Shown here: positions 29,654 to 40,522 of the stretch, one piece after another | Position numbering within the stretch: position 1 is the first letter of the stretch | How the letters are laid out: the number at the start of each line of letters is the position of its first letter | Assembly (NCBI GenBank): GCA_036495825.1 | Contig: DASXME010000172.1 | Span: 1-40,522 of the forward strand | Reading direction: 5' to 3' | Source of the DNA: Streptosporangiaceae bacterium | Lineage (GTDB): Bacteria; Actinomycetota; Actinomycetes; Streptosporangiales; Streptosporangiaceae | Length of the DNA stretch: 40,522 bases | Notes under the pieces: model-generated | Database searches by the model: none | What the model was told of the DNA's origin: nothing | The model's input: the letters and a program-made list of their open reading frames with translations, nothing else | Program-made: the position numbers and the translations under genes

Positions 29654-31005
29654 CTGACACGCTGACCCCGGTGCTCACCGCGCACTGGGACGATCCCGAC
29701 TGCTTCACGCTGGCTGGCTACCGCCGGGCCGGCGGGTACCGGGGCCTGGCCGCGGCGCTGGCCATGCCGCCCGATGACGTCATCGCCCAGGTCAAGGCGT
29801 CCGGCCTGCGCGGCCGCGGCGGCGCGGGCTTCCCGACCGGCATGAAGTGGGGCTTCATCCCGCAGGGCGACGGCAAGCCGCACTACCTGGTGCTGAACGC
29901 GGACGAATCCGAGCCCGGCACCTGCAAAGACATGCCGCTGATGCTGGCCAGCCCGCACGTGCTGATCGAAGGCATGATCATCGCCTCCTACGCGATCAGG
30001 GCCGAGCGCGCGTTCATCTACGTCCGCGGTGAGGTCCTGCACGTGATCAGGCGGCTGCACCACGCGGTAGCCGAGGCGCGCGAGGCCGGCTATCTCGGGC
30101 CGGACATCCTCGGCTCGGGCTACGACCTGGAGATCGTGGTGCACGCCGGCGCGGGCGCTTACATCTGCGGCGAGGAGACCGGGCTGCTCGAATCGCTGGA
30201 GGGCTACCGCGGCCAGCCGCGGCTCAAGCCGCCGTTCCCGGCGATCGAGGGGCTCTACGCCTGCCCGACCGTTGTCAACAACGTGGAAACGATCGCCAGC
30301 GTGCCGTCCATCATGGTCAACGGCGCGGACTGGTTCGCCGCGATGGGCACCGAGAAGTCCAAGGGGTTCGGCATCTTCTCGCTGTCCGGCCACGTGACCA
30401 CGCCCGGCCAGTACGAGGCGCCGCTCGGCATCACGCTGCGCGAGCTGCTCGAGCTGGCCGGCGGCGTGCGCGCCGGGCACCGGCTCAAGTTCTGGACGCC
30501 GGGCGGCTCGTCCACACCGATTCTCACCGCCGAGCACCTGGACGTGCCGCTGGACTACGAGTCGATCGGCGCGGCCGGCTCGATGCTCGGCACCCGCGGG
30601 CTGGAGATCTTCGACGAGACCACCTGCGCGGTCCGCGCTGCGCTGCGCTGGACCGAGTTCTACGAGCACGAGTCCTGCGGGAAGTGCACGCCGTGCCGGG
30701 AGGGCACGTACTGGATGCGGCAGCTGCTGGTGGATCTGGAAGCGGGCCGGGGCAGCGAGGACGACCTGGCCCGGCTGCTCGACATCAACGACAACATGGT
30801 CGGCCGGGTGTTCTGCGCGCTGGGCGACACCGCGGGCAGCCCGGTCGCCTCGACGCTCAAGTACTTCCGGGATGAGTATCTCGAGCACCAGAAGCGGGGC
30901 AGCTGCCCGTTCGACCCGGCCGCGGCCACGCTGTTCGGGGCGCAGGCCCGATCGGCGCAGGCCCAATCTTCGCAGGCAGAGCCTTCAGGGGAGGCACGGG
31001 CATGA
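29650..31005 (+). CDS. nuoF: NADH-quinone oxidoreductase subunit F
   Basis: [44 protein letters not shown] overlap with nuoE. Confidence 0.95.
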   Translation: MTDTLTPVLTAHWDDPDCFTLAGYRRAGGYRGLAAALAMPPDDVIAQVKASGLRGRGGAGFPTGMKWGFIPQGDGKPHYLVLNADESEPGTCKDMPLMLASPHVLIEGMIIASYAIRAERAFIYVRGEVLHVIRRLHHAVAEAREAGYLGPDILGSGYDLEIVVHAGAGAYICGEETGLLESLEGYRGQPRLKPPFPAIEGLYACPTVVNNVETIASVPSIMVNGADWFAAMGTEKSKGFGIFSLSGHVTTPGQYEAPLGITLRELLELAGGVRAGHRLKFWTPGGSSTPILTAEHLDVPLDYESIGAAGSMLGTRGLEIFDETTCAVRAALRWTEFYEHESCGKCTPCREGTYWMRQLLVDLEAGRGSEDDLARLLDINDNMVGRVFCALGDTAGSPVASTLKYFRDEYLEHQKRGSCPFDPAAATLFGAQARSAQAQSSQAEPSGEARA

Positions 31006-33452
31006 CCCAGGACACGGTGGCCGCCCGCGACACCGACAAGGTGACCGTCACCATCGACGGGTTCGAGATCGCCGTGCCCAAGGGCACCCTGGTGATCCGC
31101 GCCGCCGAGCTGCTCGGCATCCAGATCCCGCGGTTCTGCGACCACCCGCTGCTGGATCCGGTGGGCGCCTGCCGCCAGTGCCTGGTGGACATCGAGGGCC
31201 AGCGCAAGCCGTTCGCCTCCTGCACCACCACCTGCACCGAGGGCATGGTGGTGCGCACCCAGCTCACCTCCGAGGTCGCCGACAAGGCGCAGCGCGGCGT
31301 GATGGAACTGCTGCTGATCAACCACCCGCTCGACTGCCCGATGTGCGACAAGGGCGGCGAGTGCCCGCTGCAGAACCAGGCGATGGCCAACGGGCAGGGC
31401 GAGAGCAGGTTCACCGGGGTCAAGCGGACGTTCGAGAAGCCGGTGCCGCTGTCCACCGAGGTGCTGCTCGACCGCGAGCGCTGCGTCCAGTGCGCCCGGT
31501 GCACCCGGTTCGCCGAGCAGATCGCCGGGGACCCGCTGATCGAGCTGATCGAGCGCGGCCCGCACGAGCAGATCGCGATCGCCGAGGGCAAGCCGTTCGA
31601 CTCCTACTACTCCGGCAACACCGTGCAGATCTGCCCGGTGGGCGCGCTCACCGGCGCCGCCTACCGGTTCAGGGCCCGGCCGTTCGACCTGGTCTCGACC
31701 CCGAGCGTCTGCGAGCACTGCGCGGCCGGCTGCCGGCAGCGCACCGACCAACGGCGCGAAGCGGTGACCAGGCGGCTGGCGGGCGATGACCCGCAGGTCA
31801 ACGAGGAGTGGAACTGCGACAAGGGCCGGTGGGCGTTCACCTACGCCAGCCAGCCCGACCGGCTGACCACGCCGCTGGTCCGCGGCGAGGACGGCGTGCT
31901 CGCGCCCGCGTCCTGGCCGGCCGCGATCGCGGCGGCCGCCCGCGGGCTGGCCGAGGCCAGGGGCAGCGCCGGCGTGCTGGCCGGCGGTCGGCTCACCCTG
32001 GAAGACGCCTACGGCTACGCGAAGTTCACCCGGCTGGCGCTGGGCAGCAACGACATCGACATGCGGGCTCGCCCGCACTCGGCCGAGGAGGCGCAGTTCC
32101 TGGCCGCCTTCGTGGCCGGCCGCGGCATCGACGTCAGCTACCAGAGCCTGGAGCAGGCCCCGGCCGTGCTGCTGGCCGGCTTCGAGCCGGAGGACGAGTC
32201 ACCCATCGTCTTCCTCCGGCTGCGCAAGGCGGTGCGCAACCGCGGCCTGAAGGTCTACTCGGTCGTCGCGCTGGCCAGCCACGGCCTGGCCAAGCTGTCC
32301 GGCGGGCTGATCTCCTGCGGGCCGGGCGCGGAGGCCGAGGTGCTCGGCCACCTGATCAGCGGGACCGGACTCGATGCGACCGGTGCCGCGGCGGCCGCCG
32401 CGCTGGCCGTCGAGGACGGCCCGCCCGCGGTGATCCTGGTCGGCGAGCGGCTGGCCGAGGCGCCCGGCGCGCTGACCGCGGCGGCCAGACTGGCCCAGGC
32501 CACCGGCGCGCGGCTCGCCTGGATCCCGCGGCGGGCGGGCGAGCGCGGCGCGATCGAGGCCGGCGCACTGCCCAACCTGCTCCCGGTCGGCAGGCCGGTG
32601 GACGACCCGCAGGCCAGGGCGGAGGTCGCCAGGGCCTGGTCGGTCGGCCAGGGCACGCTGCCGACCGCGCCCGGCCGCAGCACCGGCCAGATCCTGGCCG
32701 CCGCCGCGGCCGGCCGGCTCGGCGCGCTCGTGGTCGCGGGCGTGGACCCGGCCGATCTGCCGGAGCCCGCGGCGGCGCTCGACGCGCTCGAGGCCGCGCC
32801 GTTCGTGGTCAGCCTGGAGTTGCGGGTCAGCGCGGTCACCGACCGGGCCGACGTGGTCCTGCCGGTGGCGGCGGTGGCGGAGAAGGCCGGCACGTTCGTG
32901 AACTGGGAGGGTCGCGGCGGCTCGTTCCCGCCGGCGCTCGGCGTCCCTGGGGCCCGCAGCGACCTGCAGGTGCTCGGGGCCATCGCGGACGAACTGGATG
33001 TGCACCTCGGGCTGCCCGACGCCGAGGCGGCCCGCCGCGAGCTCGCCGCGCTCGGCACCTGGCAGGGACGGCGCGCCGCCGATCCGCTCGGCAGCGCCGT
33101 GGTCCGCTTCGAGCCCGCGCTGCTCGCCGGGGACGAGGCGGTGCTGGCGACCTGGAACCGGCTGCTCGACGCGGGCCGGATGCAGGACGGCGAGCCCTAC
33201 CTGGCCGGGACGGCGCGGCCGGCGGTCGCGATGATGTCCGCGGCGACCGCGGCGCAGGCCGGTCTCGGCGACGGCGATAAGGTGACCGTTGCCACCGGGC
33301 GAGGCGCCGTGACGCTGCCCGTCACGGTGGCACCGATGCTGGACCGCGTGGTGTGGCTGCCCGCCAACTCGGCTGGCTGCGCCGCCCGCCGCCAGCTTGG
33401 CGCCGGCCACGGCAGCCGGGTCACGATCCAGAGGGCAGGGAGCGACGAATGA
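31002..33452 (+). CDS. nuoG: NADH-quinone oxidoreductase subunit G
   Basis: [49 protein letters not shown] long molybdopterin-oxidoreductase-like C-terminal region follows. ATGA overlap with nuoF. Confidence 0.95.
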   Translation: MTQDTVAARDTDKVTVTIDGFEIAVPKGTLVIRAAELLGIQIPRFCDHPLLDPVGACRQCLVDIEGQRKPFASCTTTCTEGMVVRTQLTSEVADKAQRGVMELLLINHPLDCPMCDKGGECPLQNQAMANGQGESRFTGVKRTFEKPVPLSTEVLLDRERCVQCARCTRFAEQIAGDPLIELIERGPHEQIAIAEGKPFDSYYSGNTVQICPVGALTGAAYRFRARPFDLVSTPSVCEHCAAGCRQRTDQRREAVTRRLAGDDPQVNEEWNCDKGRWAFTYASQPDRLTTPLVRGEDGVLAPASWPAAIAAAARGLAEARGSAGVLAGGRLTLEDAYGYAKFTRLALGSNDIDMRARPHSAEEAQFLAAFVAGRGIDVSYQSLEQAPAVLLAGFEPEDESPIVFLRLRKAVRNRGLKVYSVVALASHGLAKLSGGLISCGPGAEAEVLGHLISGTGLDATGAAAAAALAVEDGPPAVILVGERLAEAPGALTAAARLAQATGARLAWIPRRAGERGAIEAGALPNLLPVGRPVDDPQARAEVARAWSVGQGTLPTAPGRSTGQILAAAAAGRLGALVVAGVDPADLPEPAAALDALEAAPFVVSLELRVSAVTDRADVVLPVAAVAEKAGTFVNWEGRGGSFPPALGVPGARSDLQVLGAIADELDVHLGLPDAEAARRELAALGTWQGRRAADPLGSAVVRFEPALLAGDEAVLATWNRLLDAGRMQDGEPYLAGTARPAVAMMSAATAAQAGLGDGDKVTVATGRGAVTLPVTVAPMLDRVVWLPANSAGCAARRQLGAGHGSRVTIQRAGSDE

Positions 33453-34798
33453 CCAGCTTGGCCGGAGTGCCTCTCGCGGCCGCCGATCCGACCCTGGCTA
33501 GCTTCGGCCACGACACGTGGTGGCTGATCGCGATCAAGGTCGCCTTCATCTTCATCTTCCTGCTGCTGATGACGATGTTCATGATCTGGGCCGAGCGGCG
33601 GGTCATCGGCCGGATGCAGCAGCGGCCCGGGCCCAACCGGGCCGGGCCGTTCGGGCTGCTGCAGCCGATCGCGGACGCGCTCAAGCTGCCGCTCAAGGAA
33701 GACATCATCCCGCTGGGCGTGGACAAGGTGCTGTTCATCCTGGCCCCGATCATCTCGGCCGCGCCCGCCTTCGTCAGCTTCGCGATCATCCCGTTCGGCC
33801 CGGAAGTCTCGATCTTCCATCACCACACCCCGCTGCAGCTCGCCGACCTGCCGGTCGCCGTGCTGCTGGTGCTCGCGATGAGCTCGATGGGCGTCTACGG
33901 CATCGTGCTGGCCGGCTGGTCGTCCAGCTCGCCGTACTCGCTGCTCGGCGGGCTGCGCTCGTCCGCCCAGGTGATCAGCTATGAGATCGCGATGGGGCTG
34001 TCCTTTGTCGCGGTATTCCTCTACTCGGGCTCGCTGTCCACCACGGCGATCGTGGCGGCGCAGGCGCACGGCGGCACGTTCCACCTGTTCGGCGGGATCC
34101 TGCACTACCCGTCCTGGTTCGCGATCCTGCTGATCCCGTCGTTCCTGATCTACCTGGTGACGATGATCGGCGAGACCAACCGGCTGCCCTTCGACCTGCC
34201 GGAGGGCGAGGGCGAGATCGTCGGCGGTTTCCACACCGAGTACTCGTCGATGAAGTTCGCCATGTTCTACCTGGCCGAGTACATCAACATGACCACGGTG
34301 GCCGGGCTCGCCGTCACGCTGTTCCTCGGCGGCTGGCGGGCACCCTGGCCGCTGTCGGTGTGGGCCGGCGCGAACAGCGGCTGGTGGCCGATGCTCTGGT
34401 TCCTGGCCAAGACGCTCATCCTGCTGTTCGGCTTCATCTGGCTGCGCGGCTCGCTGCCCAGGATCCGCTACGACCAGCTGATGGCGCTGGGCTGGAAGAT
34501 CCTCATCCCCGGCTCGCTGGTGTGGATCATGATGATCGCCACGATCAGGGTGTGGCGGCGTCAGGGCGGCAGCGACGGCCTGTACCTCATCGGCGGCTTC
34601 GTGCTCGTCCTATTCCTGGCGATCGTCTGGGTCTGGGAGACGGCCGCGGAACGCCGCCGCGCCCGGCTCGAGGGCCTGGCCGAGCCGGAACCGCCCGACG
34701 AGGGCGACCAAGGTGGCCAAGGCTTCCCCGTTCCGCCGCTGGATCTTCCGCACTACCACGGGATCGCCAGCAAGAGTAAGGAGGTCACCGGTGCTTGA
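33449..34798 (+). CDS. nuoH: NADH-quinone oxidoreductase subunit H
   Basis: [58 protein letters not shown]. The ATG 33449 start overlaps the nuoG stop (ATGA); the ORF track starts earlier at 33353. Confidence 0.93.
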   Translation: MTSLAGVPLAAADPTLASFGHDTWWLIAIKVAFIFIFLLLMTMFMIWAERRVIGRMQQRPGPNRAGPFGLLQPIADALKLPLKEDIIPLGVDKVLFILAPIISAAPAFVSFAIIPFGPEVSIFHHHTPLQLADLPVAVLLVLAMSSMGVYGIVLAGWSSSSPYSLLGGLRSSAQVISYEIAMGLSFVAVFLYSGSLSTTAIVAAQAHGGTFHLFGGILHYPSWFAILLIPSFLIYLVTMIGETNRLPFDLPEGEGEIVGGFHTEYSSMKFAMFYLAEYINMTTVAGLAVTLFLGGWRAPWPLSVWAGANSGWWPMLWFLAKTLILLFGFIWLRGSLPRIRYDQLMALGWKILIPGSLVWIMMIATIRVWRRQGGSDGLYLIGGFVLVLFLAIVWVWETAAERRRARLEGLAEPEPPDEGDQGGQGFPVPPLDLPHYHGIASKSKEVTGA

Positions 34799-35378
34799 CT
34801 TCCTCAACCCGATCAAGGGTTTCGGTGTCACCTTCCACCAGATGTTCAAGAAGGTGGATACCGTCGAGTACCCGGATGACAAGCGGCCCACCGCGCCCCG
34901 GTTCCACGGCCGGCACCAGCTGAACCGCTGGCCGGACGGGCTGGAGAAGTGCATCGGCTGCGAGCTGTGCGCGTGGGCCTGCCCGGCCGACGCGATCTAC
35001 GTCGAGGGCGATGACAACACCGACGCCGAGCGGTACTCGCCGGGCGAGCGGTACGGCAGCGTCTACCAGATCAACTACCTGCGCTGCATCCTGTGCGGGC
35101 TGTGCATCGAGGCCTGCCCCACCCGGGCGCTCACCATGACCAACGAGTACGAGCTCGCCGACGACAGCCGGGAAAGCCTGATCTGGACCAAGGAGCAGTT
35201 GCTCGCCCCGCTGCAGTCCGGCATGGAGGCGCCGCCGCACCCGATGCGGCTCGGGGCCACCGAGCGGGACTACTACCTGCTCGGCCGGGCCGGCACCTCG
35301 TCGGCCCCGTCGCGGCCGGCCGGGGCTGGCGAGGCGAGCGAGACGAGCGGGGCCCAGCGAGAAGGACATCAGCGGTGA
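34791..35378 (+). CDS. nuoI: NADH-quinone oxidoreductase subunit I
   Basis: Two 4Fe-4S motifs, [12 protein letters not shown] and [15 protein letters not shown] 34791 is preceded by AAGGAGG (34778-34784); the ORF track starts at 34713 inside nuoH. Confidence 0.92.
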   Translation: MLDFLNPIKGFGVTFHQMFKKVDTVEYPDDKRPTAPRFHGRHQLNRWPDGLEKCIGCELCAWACPADAIYVEGDDNTDAERYSPGERYGSVYQINYLRCILCGLCIEACPTRALTMTNEYELADDSRESLIWTKEQLLAPLQSGMEAPPHPMRLGATERDYYLLGRAGTSSAPSRPAGAGEASETSGAQREGHQR

Positions 35379-36205
35379 GTCACCTAACCCTGCTCGCGGC
35401 CGGCACGCCCGGCCCCGGCGAGGCCTCGATCACCCAGAACCTGGTGTTCTGGGTGCTGGCCGTCGTCTCCGTCGCGGCCGGCCTCGGGATGATCATGGCC
35501 AGGCGCGCGGTGCACTGCGCGCTGCTGCTCGCCGCCGTGATGCTCTCGCTGGCGGTGCTCTACGCGATGGCGGGCGCGCCGTTCCTGGCGTTCGTGCAGG
35601 TGATCGTCTACACCGGCGCGGTGCTGATGCTGTTCCTGTTCGTGCTGATGCTGGTGGGGGTCAGCTCGTCGGACTCCATCGTGGAAACGATCAAGGGCCA
35701 GCGGCTGGCCGCGGCGGCGGTGGGCATCGGGATGCTCGTCCTGCTCACGCTCGGCATCGGGCACGCCGAGATCGGCGGAGCCAAGCCGCTCACGTCGAGC
35801 TACGGATCGGGCAACGTCGGCGGGATCGCCGACCTGATCTTCACCAAGTACGTGTTCCCCTTCGAGGTCACCAGCGCCCTGCTGATCACGGCGGCGCTCG
35901 GCGCGATGGTGCTCGCGCACCGCGAGCGCACCACGCCCAAGCCGACGCAGCGCGAGCTGTCGAGGAAGCGGATCGCTGGCAGCCACCCGGCCCCGCTGCC
36001 CAGCCCCGGCACCTACGCCCGGCACAACGCGGTGGACATGCCGGCCCTGCTGCCCGACGGCACGCCGTCCGAGCTCTCGGTCAGCCCGGTCATCGCCGCC
36101 CGGCGGATGACCGGCCTCGACGAGCCGCCCGGGCAACTGGAGGCGCCGGACCAGATAGCGGCGCCGGACCAGCATGAGGCACACCCGCAGGAGGCACGCC
36201 CGTGA
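35375..36205 (+). CDS. nuoJ: NADH-quinone oxidoreductase subunit J
   Basis: [74 protein letters not shown] overlap with the nuoI stop. Long non-hydrophobic C-terminal tail. Confidence 0.9.
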   Translation: MSHLTLLAAGTPGPGEASITQNLVFWVLAVVSVAAGLGMIMARRAVHCALLLAAVMLSLAVLYAMAGAPFLAFVQVIVYTGAVLMLFLFVLMLVGVSSSDSIVETIKGQRLAAAAVGIGMLVLLTLGIGHAEIGGAKPLTSSYGSGNVGGIADLIFTKYVFPFEVTSALLITAALGAMVLAHRERTTPKPTQRELSRKRIAGSHPAPLPSPGTYARHNAVDMPALLPDGTPSELSVSPVIAARRMTGLDEPPGQLEAPDQIAAPDQHEAHPQEARP

Positions 36206-36501
36206 GCCCGGCCCACTACGTCGCGCTTTCCGTGATCCTCTTCGTCATCGGCGCCGTCGGCGTGCTCGTCCGGCGCAACGCGATCGTGATCTTCATGTGC
36301 GTGGAGCTGATGCTGAACGCGTGCAACCTCGCGTTCGTCGGCTTCGCCCGGGCAAACGGCAACCTCGACGGCCAGGTCATCGCCTTCTTCGTGATGGTGG
36401 TCGCCGCCGCCGAGGTGGTCGTGGGACTGGCCGTGCTGATGGCGATCTTCCGGACCCGCAGATCCGCGTCGGTGGACGACGCGAACCTGCTGAAGTACTA
36501 G
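36202..36501 (+). CDS. nuoK: NADH-quinone oxidoreductase subunit K
   Basis: 99 aa with three helices: [33 protein letters not shown] overlap with nuoJ. Confidence 0.93.
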   Translation: MSPAHYVALSVILFVIGAVGVLVRRNAIVIFMCVELMLNACNLAFVGFARANGNLDGQVIAFFVMVVAAAEVVVGLAVLMAIFRTRRSASVDDANLLKY

Positions 36502-36518
36502 AAGGGGCTGCGTAGTCC

Positions 36519-38543
36519 GTGATGACCACTGTGGCGGCCACTGGCGTGCAGCACGCCGCCTGGCTGTTGCTCGCGTTCCCTCTCTTCGGGGCGGCCGTGC
36601 TGCTGCTTGGCGGCCGGCGAACCGATCGCTGGGGACATCTGCTGGGGGTTGCGACCCCGCTTGCGGCGTTCGGATACGGTCTTGCCTGCTTTTTCGCACT
36701 GCTCGGCTACCCGGCCGCGCAGCGCAGCCGGGACCTGCACATGTTCAACTGGATCCCGGTCGGCGGGTTCCGGGTCAGCGCGGGCCTGCTGCTCGACCCG
36801 CTGTCGCTGAGCTTCGTGCTGCTGATCACCGGGGTGGGCTCGCTCATCCATATCTACTCGGTCGGCTACATGGCGCACGACAGCGACCGGCGCCGGTTCT
36901 TCGGCTACCTGAACCTGTTCATCGCCGCGATGCTGCTGCTGGTGCTGTCCGACAACTACCTCGGCCTGTACGTCGGCTGGGAGGGTGTCGGCCTCGCCTC
37001 CTACCTGCTGATCGGGTTCTGGCAGTTCAAGCCGACCGCCGCGACCGCCGCGAAGAAGGCCTTCATCGTTAACCGGGTCGGTGACGCCGGGCTTTCGCTG
37101 GCGATCATGCTGATGTTCTCCACCTTCGGCACGGTCAACTTCACTGGCGTGTTCGGCGGCGCGCACAAGGCGGGGCCCGGCGTGCTGGCCGCGCTCGGCC
37201 TGCTGCTGCTGCTCGGCGCGTGCGGCAAGTCCGCCCAGTTGCCGCTGCAGTCCTGGCTGCTCGACGCGATGGAAGGCCCGACCCCGGTCTCCGCGCTGAT
37301 CCACGCGGCGACCATGGTGACCGCCGGTGTCTACCTGATCGTCCGGTCCAACGTAATCTTCGACCTGTCCCCGACCGCGCGGCTCGGGGTGCAGGTGGTG
37401 GGCGCGGTCACCCTGCTGTTCGGCGGGATCATCGCCTGCGCCAAGGACGACATCAAGAAGTCGCTGGCGGGTTCCACCATGAGCCAGATCGGCTACATGT
37501 TCCTCGCCGCCGGCCTCGGCCCGGCCGGCTATGGCCTGGCCATCGGGCTGCTGCTCGCGCACGGGTTCTTCAAGGCCAATCTGTTCCTCGGGGCCGGATC
37601 GGTCATGCACGGCATGGACGACGAGGTGAACATGCGCCGCTACGGCGGCCTGGCCCGGTTGATGCCGGTGACGGCCGCCACCTTCGGCCTGGCCTACCTG
37701 GCCATCATCGGCATCCCGGGGTTCTCTGGCTTCTTCACCAAGGACCCCATCATCGAGGCCGCCTTCGACAAGGGCGGGGTCTCCGGCGCGCTCCTCGGCA
37801 CCGCGGCGCTGATCGGCGCGGGCCTGACCGCGTTCTACATGACCCGGATGGTGCTGATGACCTTCTTCGGCAAGCGCCGCTGGGAAGAGGCAGGCCCGCG
37901 GGGTGGCGCTGAGCCGCGCACCGGCGAGCCGCAGCCTGAGGGTGCGCCCCATGCGGCACCGGCGCACCAGACGGCCACCGAGCAGGCGCACCAGCCGCAC
38001 GATGTGCATGATGTACCGCATCCGCACGAGTCACCGCAGGTGATGCTCTGGCCGATGATCCTGCTCGCCATCGGATCGGTGGGAGCGGGCGCCTTCCTCG
38101 CCACGGGCGACAGGCTCGTCAACTTCCTGGCCCCGGTGACCCGCACCCCGGCCGTGCCGCCCGGCATAGTCGGCCCGTACGGGCTTGGTGCCCTGGGGCT
38201 GGCCCTGGTAGCGATAGCGGCCGCCTGGTGGATGTACAGGCGCCGGGAGGTACCGGCGGTCGCCCCGGCCGGGCGGTTTCCGGTGGTCGCGGCCCGCAAG
38301 GATCTCTACGGCGACGCCTTCAACGAGTCGGTCCTGATGCGTCCCGGCCAGTGGCTGACCAGGCTGTCGGTCTACTTCGACAACCGGGGCGTGGACGGGC
38401 TGGTCAACACGGTCGCCGCCGCGATGGGCGGTGCTTCCGGCCGGCTCCGCCGGGTGCAGACCGGGTTCGTCCGTTCCTACGCGCTTGCGATGTTCTTCGG
38501 CGCCGCGCTGCTCGTCGGCGCCCTCCTCCTGGTGAGGCTGTAG
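36519..38543 (+). CDS. nuoL: NADH-quinone oxidoreductase subunit L
   Basis: Antiporter-like subunit: [57 protein letters not shown]. His/Pro/Glu-rich insert before the C-terminal amphipathic segment. Confidence 0.93.
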   Translation: MMTTVAATGVQHAAWLLLAFPLFGAAVLLLGGRRTDRWGHLLGVATPLAAFGYGLACFFALLGYPAAQRSRDLHMFNWIPVGGFRVSAGLLLDPLSLSFVLLITGVGSLIHIYSVGYMAHDSDRRRFFGYLNLFIAAMLLLVLSDNYLGLYVGWEGVGLASYLLIGFWQFKPTAATAAKKAFIVNRVGDAGLSLAIMLMFSTFGTVNFTGVFGGAHKAGPGVLAALGLLLLLGACGKSAQLPLQSWLLDAMEGPTPVSALIHAATMVTAGVYLIVRSNVIFDLSPTARLGVQVVGAVTLLFGGIIACAKDDIKKSLAGSTMSQIGYMFLAAGLGPAGYGLAIGLLLAHGFFKANLFLGAGSVMHGMDDEVNMRRYGGLARLMPVTAATFGLAYLAIIGIPGFSGFFTKDPIIEAAFDKGGVSGALLGTAALIGAGLTAFYMTRMVLMTFFGKRRWEEAGPRGGAEPRTGEPQPEGAPHAAPAHQTATEQAHQPHDVHDVPHPHESPQVMLWPMILLAIGSVGAGAFLATGDRLVNFLAPVTRTPAVPPGIVGPYGLGALGLALVAIAAAWWMYRRREVPAVAPAGRFPVVAARKDLYGDAFNESVLMRPGQWLTRLSVYFDNRGVDGLVNTVAAAMGGASGRLRRVQTGFVRSYALAMFFGAALLVGALLLVRL

Positions 38544-38546
38544 ATA

Positions 38547-40214
38547 ATGTCTAGTTTTCCGTGGCTGACCGTTACCGGGGCGATACCGCTGGCCGGCGCC
38601 GTGGTGATCTCCCTGATCCCGCGCGCGACCGCACCAGGAGACGCCGTAGGGCGGACTTCCGGCCAGGACAGCGTCGGCAGTGAGTGGACTTCCGGCCTGG
38701 AAAGCGCCGCAGGGCGGACTTCCGCGCCCGACAGCGAGGCGGATCACCGGGCGCGCAACGAACTGGCGAAGTGGCTCGCGCTCGGCTTCTCGCTGGTCAC
38801 CCTGGCCTTCACGATCGTGATGGCCGTGCGGTTCAAGCCGTCAGGCGCTGACTTCCAGTTCACCCAGAGCGTCTCGTGGATCCCGGCGTTCGGGGTGCAC
38901 TACGCAGTCGGCGTGGACGGCATCGCGCTGGTGCTGATCGGGCTGACCGCGGTCTTGATGCCGGTCGTGATCCTCGCGTCATGGAACGACGCGGAGTCCG
39001 GCAAGCGCAGCGTGAAAACCTACTTCGCGCTGATGCTGGTGCTGGAGACGATGATGGTCGGCGTCTTCGCCGCTACCGACGTGTTCCTGTTCTACGTCTT
39101 CTTCGAGGCCATGCTGATCCCGATGTACTTCATGATCGGCAGCTACGGCGTCGGGCAGCGGCAGTACGCCGCGGTCAAGTTCCTGCTGTACAGCCTGCTC
39201 GGCGGGCTGCTGATGCTGGTCGCCGTCATCGCGCTGTACGTGTACTCGGCCCGCTCCGGGCACCCGGGGACGTTCCTGTTCAGCAGCCTCGTGCACGTGC
39301 ACCTCACGCCCACCGTGCAGAAATGGCTGTTCCTCGGCTTCTTCGTCGCGTTCGCGATCAAGGCGCCGCTGTGGCCGTTCCACACCTGGCTGCCGGACGC
39401 CGCCACCGCGGCCCAGCCGGGCGCGGCGGTGCTGCTGGTCGGCGTGCTCGACAAGGTGGGCACGTTCGGGATGATCCGTTACTGCCTCGAGCTGTTCCCC
39501 GCCGCGGCCAGGTACTTCACGCCGCTGATCCTCGCGCTGGCGGTGGCCGGCATCCTGTACGGGGCGATCGTGGCCATCGGCCAGGCCGACCTGAAGCGGC
39601 TGATCGCCTACACGTCGGTCTCGCACTTCGGCTTCATCGCGCTCGGCATCTTCGCCATGACCAGCCAGGGCCAGTCCGGCGCGACGCTGTACATGGTCAA
39701 CCACGGCTTCGCCACCGGGGCGCTGTTCCTCATCGCCGGCTTCATGATCGCCCGGCGGAACTCGCAGCGGATCGCCGACTACGGCGGCGTGCAGAAGGTC
39801 GCGCCGCTGCTGGCCGGCCTGTTCCTCATCGCCAGCCTGGCCGGCCTGTCCCTGCCGGGCCTGTCCACGTTCGTCAGCGAGTTCCTCGTCCTGGTCGGCA
39901 CGTTCTCCCGGTACAAGGTGCCCGCCGTGCTGGCCACGGCCGGCATCATCCTGGCCGCGATCTACCTGCTGTGGATGTACCAGCGCACGATGAACGGGCC
40001 GGTGCGCGAGGAAGTCAGGAACATGCCCGACCTGAAGGCCAGGGAGCTATGGGCGGTCGGGCCGCTGATCGCGCTGATCATCGGGCTCGGCGTGTACCCC
40101 AAGCCGGTGCTCGACATCATCAACCCGGCCGTGCAGCACACGATGACGCAAATTCACGCTACTGACCCGGTGCCTCAGCATCCGGCCACCGCGCAGAACG
40201 GAGTTGCGCCGTGA
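38547..40214 (+). CDS. nuoM: NADH-quinone oxidoreductase subunit M
   Basis: FYVFFEAMLIPMYFMIG, KAPLWPFHTWLPDA, AYTSVSHFGF. Carries a low-complexity loop insert after the first helix. Confidence 0.93.
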   Translation: MSSFPWLTVTGAIPLAGAVVISLIPRATAPGDAVGRTSGQDSVGSEWTSGLESAAGRTSAPDSEADHRARNELAKWLALGFSLVTLAFTIVMAVRFKPSGADFQFTQSVSWIPAFGVHYAVGVDGIALVLIGLTAVLMPVVILASWNDAESGKRSVKTYFALMLVLETMMVGVFAATDVFLFYVFFEAMLIPMYFMIGSYGVGQRQYAAVKFLLYSLLGGLLMLVAVIALYVYSARSGHPGTFLFSSLVHVHLTPTVQKWLFLGFFVAFAIKAPLWPFHTWLPDAATAAQPGAAVLLVGVLDKVGTFGMIRYCLELFPAAARYFTPLILALAVAGILYGAIVAIGQADLKRLIAYTSVSHFGFIALGIFAMTSQGQSGATLYMVNHGFATGALFLIAGFMIARRNSQRIADYGGVQKVAPLLAGLFLIASLAGLSLPGLSTFVSEFLVLVGTFSRYKVPAVLATAGIILAAIYLLWMYQRTMNGPVREEVRNMPDLKARELWAVGPLIALIIGLGVYPKPVLDIINPAVQHTMTQIHATDPVPQHPATAQNGVAP

Positions 40215-40522
40215 GCCTCGCCGCCATGACCCATGCCGCGCTAGCGGCGGCCCCTGGGGCCGGGACGATCCACCCGCCGAGCATCGAGTACAGCCAGCTG
40301 TCCCCGATGCTGCTCGTGTTCGGCCTGGCCGTGGCCGGCGTACTAGTCGAGGCCTTCGCGCCCCGGCCCGTGCGGCGCCCCGTACATCTCGTGCTGACCC
40401 TCGGCGGCCTGGCGGTGGCCTTCGTCCTCACGGTCGTGGTCGCCTCCTCCAAGAGCCTGTTCAGCGGCCATTCGCCCGGTCACGTGGCCGCGATGGGCGC
40501 GGTCGCGGTGGACCGGCCGACG
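40211..40522 (+). CDS. nuoN: NADH-quinone oxidoreductase subunit N (5' part; truncated by the window end)
   Basis: The GTG 40211 start overlaps the nuoM stop (GTGA). An open frame runs to the last base: ...IEYSQLSPMLLVFGLAVAGVLVEAF... Position is last in the nuoA-N order. Confidence 0.85.
   Translation, partial: MSLAAMTHAALAAAPGAGTIHPPSIEYSQLSPMLLVFGLAVAGVLVEAFAPRPVRRPVHLVLTLGGLAVAFVLTVVVASSKSLFSGHSPGHVAAMGAVAVDRPT

Noticed and set aside
29176-30966. 596-aa minus-strand ORF opposite nuoE/nuoF. Similar cases are 36498-38027 opposite nuoL and 30660-32078 opposite nuoF/nuoG.
   Set aside because: The opposite strand encodes unmistakable complex I subunits with cofactor-binding motifs. The antisense translations are low-complexity Arg/Ala/Gly/Pro strings.

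Overview
Very GC-rich, actinomycete-type chromosomal window (composition judged by eye, not computed) with three blocks. (1) 1-2986: the 3' part of a DUF222-type HNH endonuclease gene, split by a complete bacterial group II intron (891-2844). The intron has an RT/maturase ORF, domains V/VI and identifiable EBS1/EBS2-IBS1/IBS2 pairings, and it sits exactly in the Asn codon of the H-N-H motif. (2) 3059-23417: an accessory-looking cell-surface glycan locus. On the minus strand it has six consecutive genes with PAPS-type sulfotransferase domains, one of them fused to a GT2 glycosyltransferase. These are followed by an APH-like kinase translationally coupled to a PAP2-like membrane protein, a Wzx-type flippase, a Wzy/O-antigen-ligase-like membrane protein, a DUF3048 lipoprotein and a Wzz/PCP protein whose BY-kinase-like domain looks catalytically dead. 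A divergently transcribed GH26-like lipoprotein and a convergent secreted beta-propeller/2x ricin-B lectin protein complete the block. I read it as a candidate locus for a multiply sulfated (glycosaminoglycan-like) exopolysaccharide or wall glycan. This is the most novel-looking system in the window, but it is an inference from motifs only. (3) 23701-40522: core respiratory genes. These are menG/ubiE, a geranylgeranyl-reductase-family (MenJ-like) gene preceded by a perfect Rex-type operator, and nuoA-nuoN (nuoN cut by the window end). Two anomalies lie in the nuo operon: an in-frame TAG inside nuoC, and an 86-bp insertion/duplication that separates nuoD from nuoE. No rRNA, tRNA or CRISPR array was seen. 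Most long ORFs antisense to these genes are GC-driven shadow ORFs.
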